Source: Planctomycetota bacterium (GTDB taxonomy: Bacteria; Planctomycetota; B15-G4). From it: a stretch of 64,000 nucleotides of DNA. The position numbers and the translations under genes are program-made. Position 1 is the stretch's first letter. Every line of letters starts with the position of its first letter. Positions 46,917 through 57,079 of the stretch are shown here, piece after piece. The notes under the pieces are model-generated. The model worked only from the letters and a program-made list of their open reading frames with translations, did no database searches and was not told the DNA's origin. The stretch is taken from the NCBI GenBank assembly GCA_038212275.1, contig JBBQUR010000008.1, forward strand, positions 159,427 through 223,426, read 5' to 3'.

Positions 46917-48095
46917 ATGCGGACCGTTCTCGTCGTGGGCGCGGGCATCTTCGGCGTGACGGCCGCGCTGGAACTGCGCCGGCGCGGCTGCGTGGTGTCG
47001 CTGATGGATGCAGGGCCCGTGCCGCATCCGGACGCGGCCACCACCGACGTCAGCAAGATCGTGCGCCTCGACTACGGCTCGGTGGAGCCCTGCACGGCGC
47101 TCATGGAGCGCGCGCTGGCCGGCTGGCGTGCGTGGAATGCCGATTTCGACACACCTCTGTTTCACGAGGACGGCCTGCTGGTGCTCGGCTGCGCACCCTT
47201 GCTGCCCGGCGGCTTCGAGCACGACAGCATGGAGCTGCTGGCCCGCCGCGGGCACGCTGTGCAGGCCCTCGACGCCGCCGAGATCCGCCGCCGCTTTCCG
47301 GCGTGGAACAGCGGGCGCTTCGACGCCGGCTACTGGAATCCGCAGGGAGGCTGGGCGGAAAGCGGCGCCGTGCTCTCCGCGCTGCTGACGTGGGCGCTGC
47401 GCGAAGGCGTCACCTTCCACGGCCGCTGCGGGGCGCGCGGGCTGCTGCGCGACGGGCCACGCGTCCTCGGCGCCTTCGACCAGCACGGCACGGCGCACCA
47501 CGCGGACGACGTCATCGTGGCCGCGGGCGCGTGGACGCCGACGCTGCTTCCGGAACTCGCCGGCACGCTGCTCGCCGTCGGCCAGACGGTGCTGCGTTTC
47601 CGGCCCGCGCGGCCGCAGCAGTTCGTCGGCCCGCAGTTCCCGGCATTCACCGCCGACATCGGGCGCACGGGCTTCTACGGTTTCCCCGCGCTGGCCGACG
47701 GCACGGTGAAGATCGGCCGGCACGCCGCCGGGCGCCCCATGACGGCCGACGAGCCGCGCGTCGTCGACGACGCCGAGGAGGGACGCTTCCGCGCCTTCCT
47801 CGCCGACGCGCTGCCCGCGCTGGCCGACGCGCCGCTCGCCGCCTCGCGGCTGTGCCTCTATTGCGACACCGCCGACCGGCACTTCCTCATCGATCGTGAT
47901 CCGCAGTCGCCGGGCCTGCTCGTGGCGACGGGCGGCAGCGGCCACGCCTTCAAGTTCGCGCCGGTGCTCGGCGGATTGATCGCCGACGCGCTCGAAGGAC
48001 GAAGCCATGAGTGGTCGCCGCTGTTCGCATGGCGCGGCGCGCAGACGCCCGCACCGCGCGGCGATCAGGCCCGGGCTGAGGGTCAGGACGCGTGA
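46917..48095 (+). CDS. FAD-dependent amine oxidase (monomeric sarcosine/pipecolate/fructosyl-amine oxidase family)
   Basis: VVGAGIFG, DVSKIVRLDY, AAGAW, FYGFP, LCLYCDT (flavinylation Cys region), GGSGHAFKFAP. Confidence 0.88.
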   Translation: MRTVLVVGAGIFGVTAALELRRRGCVVSLMDAGPVPHPDAATTDVSKIVRLDYGSVEPCTALMERALAGWRAWNADFDTPLFHEDGLLVLGCAPLLPGGFEHDSMELLARRGHAVQALDAAEIRRRFPAWNSGRFDAGYWNPQGGWAESGAVLSALLTWALREGVTFHGRCGARGLLRDGPRVLGAFDQHGTAHHADDVIVAAGAWTPTLLPELAGTLLAVGQTVLRFRPARPQQFVGPQFPAFTADIGRTGFYGFPALADGTVKIGRHAAGRPMTADEPRVVDDAEEGRFRAFLADALPALADAPLAASRLCLYCDTADRHFLIDRDPQSPGLLVATGGSGHAFKFAPVLGGLIADALEGRSHEWSPLFAWRGAQTPAPRGDQARAEGQDA

Positions 48096-49846
48096 AGGCC
48101 TCGCTGCCGGCACGCGCCGCGCTGGCACTCGTGGCGACGGCCCTTGCACTCCTGGTGACGCTCGGCGTGCTCGCCTGGACCACGGACGGTGCCGTGCTTT
48201 CCAGGTTGAAAAAGCTGGTGACGCCGCGTGCCTCGCGCGGCGTCACGCATCTCGGCGCGGGTGCGAACGCCGGCGAGGTGGCCGTCCGCGCACCCGCCGA
48301 CCGGTCCGCAGCAGGCCGGTCCGCAGCAGGACAGTCCGCGACCGACGAGTCGAGTGGCGGCCTGTATCGCGTGCACGCCGACCCGCTGGTGTCGTATGTG
48401 CTGAAGCCGGGCACGGACCGCCTCGTGCTCGCCGGCCTCGTGCGCGGAGACGAGCTGGGCCTGCGCGCACGGGCCGGCCCGCCGCGAGGGCCCGAGAGCC
48501 AGCGCATCGTGGTTGCGGGAGATTCGGTGGCCTTCGGTTTCGGCCTGGAGAACGACGAGGCGCTGGCGACGCGGCTGGAGCAGGAGCTGAATGCCGCGCT
48601 CGGGCCCGGCGCGCCGCCGGTGTGCTGCCGCAGCGTGGCGCTGCCAGGATGGAATCACCGCAACGCCGTGGCGGCCGTGCTCGATCACGAGGACGTGCTC
48701 GACCCGGACATCGTGGTGTACCTGCCCATCTCGAACGACGTGTACGACACGGATGGCCTGGACGAGGCCGGCTTCCGGCGGACGATGTGCGATCCCTCGT
48801 CCGCCGATCCCTGGCTCCTCGTAAACCAGGGCATCGCCGCCCACGTCGACCTCGAGTCCGCGAGCCGCCTGCGTGCGGCCGGCCGCGACGACTCGTGGAT
48901 CACGCGCGGCCCGCTCGTGATCGCCGCGGATCTGTCGCCCGAATCGTCGAGGCGCCTCGACGAGAACGCGGCCTCCGTCGCGCGGCTGCGGCAGCGCATG
49001 CTCGACCGCGGCGGCCACTTCCTGATCGCCGCATACCTGGACGACTCCTACATGAATCACCTGCTGCGCCGCTTCGACGAGCAGCACGTGCCGATCGACG
49101 TCGTGCCGCTCTTCGCGACGATTCCCGCGGCGCTGAAGTTGCCCGACGACCCGCACCCGAACGCGGACACCGTCGCCGCCATGGCGCGCTGGATCGCGGC
49201 CGATCTGCTGGCGCGCGGCTGGATCGCCGGCGCCGCGAGCGGCGCGGTGCCCGAACCCGCGCCCGATCCCGCGCCCGTGCCGACGCCCGTGCCTGCCGCG
49301 ATCGCCGCCGTGCGTGCGCCCGTTCACACGCCGCAGGAGCGCGAGGCACTCTCGGTGCACACGCGCCTCGTGCAGAAGGCGCGCCTCGTGCGCATCATCG
49401 ACCTGGCCGCGGGCGACGGCTGCAACCAGATCTATGGCGGCGTCTTCCCCGACGGCACGGCCGGGCCGCATGCGCTCTTCCTGCTGCCGCGTCCCGCGCG
49501 CACGCTCCTCGTGCAACTGGCCGCGTTGCCCGAGCGCCCGGACCTGCTGCCGCAGGACGTGTCGGTGCAGGTGGACGGCGTCGAGCTCGGCACGCTGCAC
49601 CTCGACGCCGCGCACCAGGCGGCCGACGGGTCCGTGACAGCGCGCTGGCCGCTTCCGCCGGATTCGCCCGCATCCTCCGTCGCCGGCAGCCCCGGAGCAA
49701 TGCCCCACGCAGCAGCGGCGCCGCTCGGTCCGGACCCGCCGATGGAAGTGCGCCTCGTCGCGTCGCGCTGGGCCGTGCAGCCGCTGGACAGGCTCAGCGC
49801 GATGGTGGCGTATCGAGTGGTGCGCCTGGAGGCGCTGCCGGACTGA
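48092..49846 (+). CDS. Membrane-anchored SGNH/GDSL hydrolase-like protein
   Basis: N-terminal TM; AGDSVAFG, ND, DDPHPN; GTGA overlap with upstream gene. Confidence 0.75.
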   Translation: MKASLPARAALALVATALALLVTLGVLAWTTDGAVLSRLKKLVTPRASRGVTHLGAGANAGEVAVRAPADRSAAGRSAAGQSATDESSGGLYRVHADPLVSYVLKPGTDRLVLAGLVRGDELGLRARAGPPRGPESQRIVVAGDSVAFGFGLENDEALATRLEQELNAALGPGAPPVCCRSVALPGWNHRNAVAAVLDHEDVLDPDIVVYLPISNDVYDTDGLDEAGFRRTMCDPSSADPWLLVNQGIAAHVDLESASRLRAAGRDDSWITRGPLVIAADLSPESSRRLDENAASVARLRQRMLDRGGHFLIAAYLDDSYMNHLLRRFDEQHVPIDVVPLFATIPAALKLPDDPHPNADTVAAMARWIAADLLARGWIAGAASGAVPEPAPDPAPVPTPVPAAIAAVRAPVHTPQEREALSVHTRLVQKARLVRIIDLAAGDGCNQIYGGVFPDGTAGPHALFLLPRPARTLLVQLAALPERPDLLPQDVSVQVDGVELGTLHLDAAHQAADGSVTARWPLPPDSPASSVAGSPGAMPHAAAAPLGPDPPMEVRLVASRWAVQPLDRLSAMVAYRVVRLEALPD

Positions 49847-50885
49847 GCGTTGCGCCGAGCGTGGCGCGCAACGCCGCGCGGGCGAGCAGCGGTCCGAGAC
49901 TCGCGTTGAGTGCGGCGATCCACACGCCGACCGCGAGGAACATGTCGGCGAAGCCGGCGAGCGAAGGCTCGTGGCGCACGCTCAGGATGAGCGCCACGCC
50001 GACGAGACCGCCCGGCGCGAGCGCGAAGCCGACGTGAAGCGAAGTGCCCTCGGCCGCGCCGGCACGGCGACGGCTCCATGCGGTGGCGGCCCACTTGCCG
50101 AGCAGTCGGGCGAGCACCGCCAGCGTCGCGATGAAAAGCGCGCGCGGCAGCAGAGCGGGCAGGATCGTCGCGCCGGCCAGCGTCCCGCACACGGCCAGCG
50201 CGAAACCCGACAGGCGTGCGGTCGGAGTCGCCAGGCGGGCGACCAGTCCTGGCGCGGCGGAGCCCAGCGAGAGGCCGAGCCCGAGGCAGCACGCCGCGAA
50301 CGGCAACTCGATGCCGTGCGCGACGGCCGGCGGATCGAAAGCCGGGCGCAGCGCGAACACGGCCAGCATCGCCAGCGCGAGGCTGGCAGCCAGGTCGGCC
50401 CGCGCGATCGCTGCCATCGCATGAGCCCAGGCCGCGGCCGGTCGCGGGATGCCCGCGCGTCGCGACAGGGCGTCGGCGAGATCACCCACGCTGCCCAGCG
50501 CCATGAATCCGACCAGCAGCGCCACCTGGGCGGGCACGCCGGCACCACCCACGAGCGCCAGCCACACGAAGGCCGGGACGACCGCGCACTCGGCGAGCAC
50601 GTGCCGGACCACGGCCGGACGCGCAGGCGGAAAGGCGTGGCCGGGTGCGGCGAGGCGCAGGCCCAGCGCGAGCGCCACCACGCAAAGCGCGACGCTCGCG
50701 GCCGGTTGCAGCAGGGCCACCGCGCGGGCGTCCACGACGGCCGACGGCCCATGAGCCAGCAGCACGCCGAACAGCACCTGCATCGGAACCGCGGGCAGGC
50801 GCAGCAATCGCGCGAAGGCCCCCGCCATCGCCGCCGCGAGCAGCAGCAGCACCAGCAGCAGCGGCAACTCGGTCGGCATGGGCAT
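49794..50885 (-). CDS. Divergent cation:proton antiporter (CPA)-like membrane protein
   Basis: About 11 hydrophobic segments; RLLRLPAV...GVLL, ARLLGKW, GFALAP, LGPLL motifs. Confidence 0.55.
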   Translation of the reverse strand: MPMPTELPLLLVLLLLAAAMAGAFARLLRLPAVPMQVLFGVLLAHGPSAVVDARAVALLQPAASVALCVVALALGLRLAAPGHAFPPARPAVVRHVLAECAVVPAFVWLALVGGAGVPAQVALLVGFMALGSVGDLADALSRRAGIPRPAAAWAHAMAAIARADLAASLALAMLAVFALRPAFDPPAVAHGIELPFAACCLGLGLSLGSAAPGLVARLATPTARLSGFALAVCGTLAGATILPALLPRALFIATLAVLARLLGKWAATAWSRRRAGAAEGTSLHVGFALAPGGLVGVALILSVRHEPSLAGFADMFLAVGVWIAALNASLGPLLARAALRATLGATLSPAAPPGAPLDTPPSR

Positions 50886-51028
50886 CGCGACGAACCATAT
50901 ACTCCGCCAGGTCGTCGAAACATCGGCGGCGCAGCGCCGGGACATGTCCGGATCACCAGCGCAGGGCCGCAGCGTCGCCGCGTCACCAGATCCGGCACGG
51001 GCACGGGCACGCGCACGGAGGGCAGGCC

Positions 51029-52435
51029 ATGAACGAATCACCGGTCCCGGCCTTCACGCGCCGCGGCTTCCTCGGCGCGATGGGCGTGCCCGCCGCCGCC
51101 GCGGCACTGGCTGCGGCCGGGTGCGCCTTCGACCCGACGCGCAGCGCGCACGCGGCCGTCGCCGCCGGTGCATGGCCCGCGGCACCCGCAGCGCCGGCAG
51201 CCGCTGCCCTGCCCGCAACGCACGCGCTGGCTCCGCTTCCCGTGCGCACCGGCTCACCCGATGAGGTGGCCATGGACGAGGACTACTGGGCGGAGATCGG
51301 CCGGCTGTGGACGGTGGATCGCAGCATCGTGAACCTGAACAACGGCGGCGTGTCGCCGTCGTCCGGGGTCGTGCAGTCCGCGGTCAAGCGGCACTTCGAT
51401 CACGCCAACACCTACCCGTCCGCGCTGGTGCTGCTCGGCTCGTTGCAACCGCAGATCGAGGCCGTGCGGCAGAAGCTGGCGCTCGCCTTCGGAGCGGATC
51501 CCGAAGAGCTGGCCCTCACGCGCAACTCCAGCGAGAGCCTGCAGATCTGCCAGCTCGGCCTGGACCTGCAGCGCGGCGACGAGATCCTGACCTCGACGCA
51601 GGACTACCCGCGCATGATCACCGCCTTCCAGCAGCGCGAGCGGCGCGAGGGTGTGGTGCTCAACCAGATCAAGCTGCCCGTGCCCGCGGAGGATCCGGCC
51701 GAGGTCGTCGCCCTGTACGAGGCCGCGATCACGCCGCGCACGAAGCTCATCCTGATGTGCCACATGATCAACCTCACCGGCCAGATCCTGCCGGTGAAGG
51801 AGGTCGTCGCGATGGCGCGCCGCCACGGCATTCCGGTCATCGTGGACGGCGCGCACGCCCTGGCGCACTTCGACTTCACGCTGCGCGAGCTGGACTGCGA
51901 CTACTACGGCGTGAGCCTGCACAAATGGCTCGCCGCGCCGCACGGCACGGGGCTGCTCTACGTGCGCCGCGACAAGATTGCCGGCCTGTGGCCGCTCATG
52001 GCCGCGGGCCCGAGCCAGGACGACAACATCCGCAAATTCGAGGAGGTCGGCACGCAGCCGATAGGCCTCAAGCTGGCCATCGCCGAGGCGGTGGACCTGC
52101 ACCTGGCCATCGGCGGCGCGCGCAAGGAGGCGCGGCTGGTGTACCTGCGCAATCTCTGGGCCGAACGCCTGATCGCGGCGTCCGACCGCGTGCGCCTGCA
52201 CACCTCGCTGAAGCCTGGTCTCGCGTGCGGCCTCGCCAACGTCGAGCTCGTCGGCGTGGACACCGGCAGGCTGCAGGCGTGGTTGTGGGACAAGCACCGC
52301 ATCCTCGTGACGCCCATCGTGCACCCCGAGTTCACAGGCCTGCGCGTGACGCCCTCGGTTTATACGTCGCCGGACGAGATCGACCGCTTCGCGTCGGCTA
52401 TGGAACACGTCCTCTCACAAGGGCTGCCCGCATGA
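51029..52435 (+). CDS. Tat-exported class V PLP enzyme (isopenicillin-N epimerase / PvdN-like)
   Basis: TRRGFLG Tat motif; NLNNGGVSP, TRNSSE, VDGAH, SLHKW, GTGLLY; SD GGAGG. Confidence 0.88.
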   Translation: MNESPVPAFTRRGFLGAMGVPAAAAALAAAGCAFDPTRSAHAAVAAGAWPAAPAAPAAAALPATHALAPLPVRTGSPDEVAMDEDYWAEIGRLWTVDRSIVNLNNGGVSPSSGVVQSAVKRHFDHANTYPSALVLLGSLQPQIEAVRQKLALAFGADPEELALTRNSSESLQICQLGLDLQRGDEILTSTQDYPRMITAFQQRERREGVVLNQIKLPVPAEDPAEVVALYEAAITPRTKLILMCHMINLTGQILPVKEVVAMARRHGIPVIVDGAHALAHFDFTLRELDCDYYGVSLHKWLAAPHGTGLLYVRRDKIAGLWPLMAAGPSQDDNIRKFEEVGTQPIGLKLAIAEAVDLHLAIGGARKEARLVYLRNLWAERLIAASDRVRLHTSLKPGLACGLANVELVGVDTGRLQAWLWDKHRILVTPIVHPEFTGLRVTPSVYTSPDEIDRFASAMEHVLSQGLPA

Positions 52436-52737
52436 ACGATCCCGATCTGGCCACGCTGATGCTTGCGCACACTCCGGCGGAAGCCACGGTCGTCGCGGCG
52501 CTGCTGCGCAGCGCGAACATCCCCTTCTACGTGGACGGACGCCTGCTCGTGGATGAGTTCGCCATGAGTCAGTCCCTGATGGGTCTCAAGAGCAGGATCA
52601 GCGTGAGTCAGGACGACCTTCCGCGCGCGCAGGCGCTGCTCGACGAAGCCCGCGCAAGTGGACGCGAGCTGGAGCAGGAAGGCGAGACCGACACGGACGC
52701 CGAGCCGACGCCGCGCGCCCCCCGGCGCGACGACTGA
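52432..52737 (+). CDS. DUF2007-like small protein
   Basis: EATVVAALLRSANIP...V..DD..RA..LL pattern; ATGA overlap. Confidence 0.7.
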   Translation: MNDPDLATLMLAHTPAEATVVAALLRSANIPFYVDGRLLVDEFAMSQSLMGLKSRISVSQDDLPRAQALLDEARASGRELEQEGETDTDAEPTPRAPRRDD

Positions 52738-52771
52738 GGCTCCGCGGAGGACGCGCGCCACCTCGCGGCGG

Positions 52772-52960
52772 TCAGTGCAGGATGAGCAGCGTGCCCGCGA
52801 CCAGGGCGAGCACCAGCGCCCCCGCCCCGACGAGACGCGCCGGCGTGAGCAGGCGCTGCGCGAACTCCGACGGCGCTCCCCACACCTCCGCGAGGATCTG
52901 CGGCGACTCGTGGAAGCGGCGTTCGCCAAGGTGGTTGGTCTTCGTGGTCCGGGCGCTCAT
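52772..52960 (-). CDS. Small hypothetical protein with C-terminal TM helix
   Basis: SD-like GGTGAGG; 62 aa ending LVGAGALVLALVAGTLLILH. Confidence 0.5.
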   Translation of the reverse strand: MSARTTKTNHLGERRFHESPQILAEVWGAPSEFAQRLLTPARLVGAGALVLALVAGTLLILH

Positions 52961-53082
52961 GCTGGCCTCACCTTCGTTCCGTGTCCGGTGGCCTGTCGTC
53001 CGTGTCGCAGACGCGCGATCCATGGTTGGCCAGAGCGTGTATCGGCAGAATGAAGGCTTCATCAGCAGGGCAAGGAGAGTGC

Positions 53083-54360
53083 GTGCAGTCTGGCGTGGAC
53101 ATGCCTTCGACCGGCGGGCTGCCTCCTGAGGTGGACCTGCTGCTGCAGCTCGGGCGCGCGCTGCACACGGCCGGCGCCGCGTCGTATCGCGTGGAGGAGG
53201 TCCTGGGTCGCGTCGCGCGGGCCGTGGGACTGCGTGCCGACGTGTTCGCGGCCCCCACCGAACTCATGTACGCGGTCACGGTGCGCGGCACGGAGTCCAC
53301 GTACATGCAGCGCATCGAGGCGGCCAGCGTGAACCTCGGGCGCCAGGCGGCGCTGGAGGCGCTGGCGTCCGGGGTCGTGGCCGGGACCTGGAGCCCCGGG
53401 GCCGCGTGCGCCGAGGTTGCCCGCATCGTGGCCCAGCCCTGCGGCTACGCACCGCTGCCGACACTGGCCTGCTCCGGGCTGGCGAGCGCCGCCGCGGCCT
53501 GCTTCTTCGGGGGCGGACCGGCCGACGTCGTGCTCTCGCTGCTGGCGGGGCTCCTCGCCGGACTCGTGACGCTGGCCACTCAGCAGCGGCCCACGGCGTC
53601 GCGGCTCACGGAGTTGCTCGGTGCGCTTCTGGTCTCGATGCTCGCGACGCTGGCGGCCCGCGTCGTCACGCCGCTGTCGGTCACCACCATCACGCTGGCG
53701 GGCATCATCGGCATGCTGCCGGGGCTGACGCTCACCGTCGGCATCAACGAGCTGGCGGTGCGGCACCTGGCATCGGGCACGGCACGACTGGCCGGTGCCC
53801 TCGTCGTCTTCCTGATGCTGGCGTTCGGGGCGGCGCTGGGCACGCGGGCCGGAGTCGAGCTGGCCTCCGCCCTCGCCTCACGCCTGCCGGCGGGCAGCGC
53901 ACTGGCCGACGGACCGCTGGTGATCGCGACGGGACCGATGCCAGCACACGCCATCCCGATCGCCGTCATCGTCGCGGCTCTGGCCTTCTCCGTGCTCTTT
54001 GCGGCTCCGCGGCGCGACTGGTTCTGGGTGGTCGTGACCTGCGCGCTGGCGTATGCGGGCGACATGCTGGGCGCGCGGCTCTTCGGAGCGCGACTGGGTT
54101 GCTTCGTGGGCGCGCTCGTCGCCGGACTCGCCAGCAGCGCCTGGGCGCGGGTCTTCGACCGGCCATCGGTCGTCACGCGCGTGCCGGCCATGACCATGCT
54201 CGTGCCGGGCAGCATCGGCTTCCTCTCCGTCTCCGCGCTGCTCGTGCATGACGCGACCTCCGCGCTGCAGACCGCCTTCGACGTGGGACTCGTCGGCGTG
54301 GCGCTCTCCGCGGGCCTGCTCATCGCCAACGTCCTGCTCCCGCCGCGCCGACTGAACTGA
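53083..54360 (+). CDS. ThrE family threonine/serine exporter
   Basis: LGRALHTAGAASYRVEE, LPGLTLTVGINELA..HLASG.ARL, LVPGSIGF; start 53083 or 53101. Confidence 0.88.
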   Translation: MQSGVDMPSTGGLPPEVDLLLQLGRALHTAGAASYRVEEVLGRVARAVGLRADVFAAPTELMYAVTVRGTESTYMQRIEAASVNLGRQAALEALASGVVAGTWSPGAACAEVARIVAQPCGYAPLPTLACSGLASAAAACFFGGGPADVVLSLLAGLLAGLVTLATQQRPTASRLTELLGALLVSMLATLAARVVTPLSVTTITLAGIIGMLPGLTLTVGINELAVRHLASGTARLAGALVVFLMLAFGAALGTRAGVELASALASRLPAGSALADGPLVIATGPMPAHAIPIAVIVAALAFSVLFAAPRRDWFWVVVTCALAYAGDMLGARLFGARLGCFVGALVAGLASSAWARVFDRPSVVTRVPAMTMLVPGSIGFLSVSALLVHDATSALQTAFDVGLVGVALSAGLLIANVLLPPRRLN

Positions 54361-54482
54361 GCGCGACGCGCCTGCGCGTCGGGCTCGTCCAGCCGCCATG
54401 TCTCTGGTTAAGCTCACGCGACAGACGATCCCGCGCCTGCACGCCGCGAGCGCCAGGACCTCACTCGGAAAGGAAGTCGGCC

Positions 54483-56939
54483 ATGATTGCCAAAGTCAGC
54501 CATGCACTGCGCCTTGCCGGACTGCTGCTCGCGCTGCATCCCGCAGCGCTGGCCCTTGCAGCCCAACCTGCCCAGTCGGCCGAGGCAGCGGCGATCGCTC
54601 CGGCCGCCGATCCGGGCTGGCCGCGATCCTTCACCCATCAGGGCAACACGGTCGTGGTCTACCAGCCGCAGATCGACAGCTGGGACAACCACGCGACCAT
54701 CCACTTCCGCTCGGCGGTGGTCGCGACGCCTGCGGGCTCCGAGCAGCCGGCCTACGGCGTGGTTGCGATCGCCGCCGACACGCTCGTGGACAGCAATGCC
54801 GGCACCGTGATCATGACCAACCTCAAGCCGGACATCCGCTTCCCCGACGCGCCCGCCGACCAGCAGGCCGCGCTGACCGGCATGGTCAACGAGCTGATGA
54901 CCTCGCGCGGCGTCCTGAACATCGCGCTGAGCCGCGTGCTCGCCTACATGCACGGCCAGCCGCCGGAGCGCGTCGCGGACGTCAGCCTCGCGCCGCCGCC
55001 CATCCACTACAGCGACGTGCCGGCGATCCTCGTCATCTTCATGGGCCCTCCGCAGTTCGAGCCGGTGCCCGGCACGTCGCTCCAGTTCGCGGTGAACACC
55101 AACTGGCCCGTGCTGCAGGCTCCCGATCTCGGACAGAACTTCCTGCTCGCGGGCGACAGCTGGCTCGTGGCGCCGGACCCGCTGCTGGGCCCGTGGACCG
55201 CCGCCGGCACCCTTCCCGCCGAACTCACCACCCTGCCCGATGCGGGCAACTGGCAGTCCGTGTTCGACCACATCCCCGGCACGCCGTTCAGCACGGTGCC
55301 CGCCGTGGTGACGAGCTCCGGGCCCGCCGAGTTGATCGTGACCGACGGGCCGCCCGCGTACACGCCGATCGCCGGGACGCGACTCATGGCCGTGAGCAAC
55401 AGCGAGCAGACACTCTTCCAGGATCTGGCCAACGGCCAGATGTACTTCCTCGTCGCGGGCCGCTGGTTCAGCGCGCCGACGCTGGCCGGCCCCTGGTCGG
55501 CGGCCTCCGCCACGCTGCCCGCGGAGTTCGCGAAGATTCCGCCGGACGGCCCGCAGGGCGCCGTGCTCGCGTCCGTTCCGGGGACCTCGGAAGCGGAAGA
55601 CGCCGCGCTGCTCGCCGCCGTGCCGCACAAGGCCACCGTGACCATCGCGAATGCCACGCTCGACGTGAGCTACCAGGGTCAGCCGCAGTTCGTCCCGGTC
55701 GTGGGCACGTCGATGCAGTATGCGGTGAACACGGCCTACGAGGTCGTGCTCGTGCAGGGGCAGTACTACTGCTGCTACCAGGGCGTGTGGTTCGTGGCCC
55801 CGACCGCGACCGGCGCGTGGACCGTCGCGCTGTCGCTGCCGCCGGACATCGCCACCATCCCGGCCAGCTGCCCGCTCTACAACGTGACCTACGTGCAGAT
55901 CTACGACTCGTCGCCGACCACCGTCGTGACGGGTTGCACCGGGGGCTACTACGGCGAGTACGTCGCGACCAACGGCGCACTCATGTTCGGCGCGGGCCTC
56001 GCCGTCGGCGCCTTCATCGCCGACAACGCGTGCTGGTATCCGTGCACGCCCTGCTACTACTCCTACGGTTGCGCGGCTCGCTATGACACGGCCGCCGGCT
56101 GCTATTGCCGCGGCGCGCAATACTACGGCCCGCAGGGCGGCGCCGGCTGGGGCGCGGCCTACAACCCCGCGACCGGCAACTGGTCACGCGCGGCCTACGC
56201 CTACGGTCCGGCGGGATCAGCCACCGTGCGGCAGGCCTACAACCCGTACACCAACACCTTCGCGTCGCATGCCACGGCGAGCAACGGCTACCAGTCCTGG
56301 GGCCACAGCGTCGTGCAGCAGGGCAATCAATGGGCGGCCGCGGGACACGAGACCGGCGCCGCGGGCGTCAGCCAGGGTTGGGTAGAAACCTCGTCGGGAC
56401 AATCGGCCTACGGCGCGCGCGGCAGCCAGGGCAACGCGGTGGCCACGACAAGCAACGGCGACCTCTACGCGAGCCACGACGGCAACGTCTACAAGAACAC
56501 CGGCAACGGCTGGCAGGTGCATCAGGACGGCGGCTGGCAGGATGCGCCCAGCGCCCGGCCCCCGGCCAACACGGCGTGGAACAGCCACGCGGGCGGCACC
56601 ACCTCGGGCGGCGACACCATCGGGAGTTGGAGCGGCGGAGCCGCGGCGGGCAGCCGGCCGGTGGCCTGGGGCGGCGCGACCGGCACGCCCGGCACAGTCG
56701 GCGGAGCGTGGGGAAGCGCGGGCTCCGCCGGTCTCTCCACCGCGGGGCAGGGTTTCGCGCAGGGTGGCATGCAGAGCGCCGCGCAGAATCCCTGGGCGAA
56801 TCACGACACGCAATCCCGACTCAACGGCGATGCGTGGGCTCGCGGCGCCGGCAACGGAGGCTTCGGCGGATTCGGTGGCGGGCAGGTCGGCGGCTTCGGC
56901 GGCGGCGCTCGCTTCGGGGGCGGCGGCTTCCGTCGCTGA
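54483..56939 (+). CDS. Secreted hypothetical protein with repeated beta-rich modules, Cys/Tyr-rich segment and Gly-rich tail
   Basis: Signal peptide; WPR...YQPQIDSW; repeated AVNT...W..A...GPW; GDLYASHDGNVYK; GGFGG tail. Confidence 0.8.
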   Translation: MIAKVSHALRLAGLLLALHPAALALAAQPAQSAEAAAIAPAADPGWPRSFTHQGNTVVVYQPQIDSWDNHATIHFRSAVVATPAGSEQPAYGVVAIAADTLVDSNAGTVIMTNLKPDIRFPDAPADQQAALTGMVNELMTSRGVLNIALSRVLAYMHGQPPERVADVSLAPPPIHYSDVPAILVIFMGPPQFEPVPGTSLQFAVNTNWPVLQAPDLGQNFLLAGDSWLVAPDPLLGPWTAAGTLPAELTTLPDAGNWQSVFDHIPGTPFSTVPAVVTSSGPAELIVTDGPPAYTPIAGTRLMAVSNSEQTLFQDLANGQMYFLVAGRWFSAPTLAGPWSAASATLPAEFAKIPPDGPQGAVLASVPGTSEAEDAALLAAVPHKATVTIANATLDVSYQGQPQFVPVVGTSMQYAVNTAYEVVLVQGQYYCCYQGVWFVAPTATGAWTVALSLPPDIATIPASCPLYNVTYVQIYDSSPTTVVTGCTGGYYGEYVATNGALMFGAGLAVGAFIADNACWYPCTPCYYSYGCAARYDTAAGCYCRGAQYYGPQGGAGWGAAYNPATGNWSRAAYAYGPAGSATVRQAYNPYTNTFASHATASNGYQSWGHSVVQQGNQWAAAGHETGAAGVSQGWVETSSGQSAYGARGSQGNAVATTSNGDLYASHDGNVYKNTGNGWQVHQDGGWQDAPSARPPANTAWNSHAGGTTSGGDTIGSWSGGAAAGSRPVAWGGATGTPGTVGGAWGSAGSAGLSTAGQGFAQGGMQSAAQNPWANHDTQSRLNGDAWARGAGNGGFGGFGGGQVGGFGGGARFGGGGFRR

Positions 56940-57079
56940 CGGCCCGCCAGGCAGATGGCACACGGCCCACCGTGCGGCCGCTCTCACGCCGCAGATCGAG
57001 CAGCGGCCCTCGTGCGGCCGATCGTGCGGCACACTGCGCGGCCGATCATGCGGCAACCTGCGCGGCCGGGACGGCTGGC

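Noticed and set aside
57003..57068. 12-bp-period GCGGC repeats as iterons or operator array
   Set aside because: Located between convergent 3' ends and similar to the many other local tandem duplications
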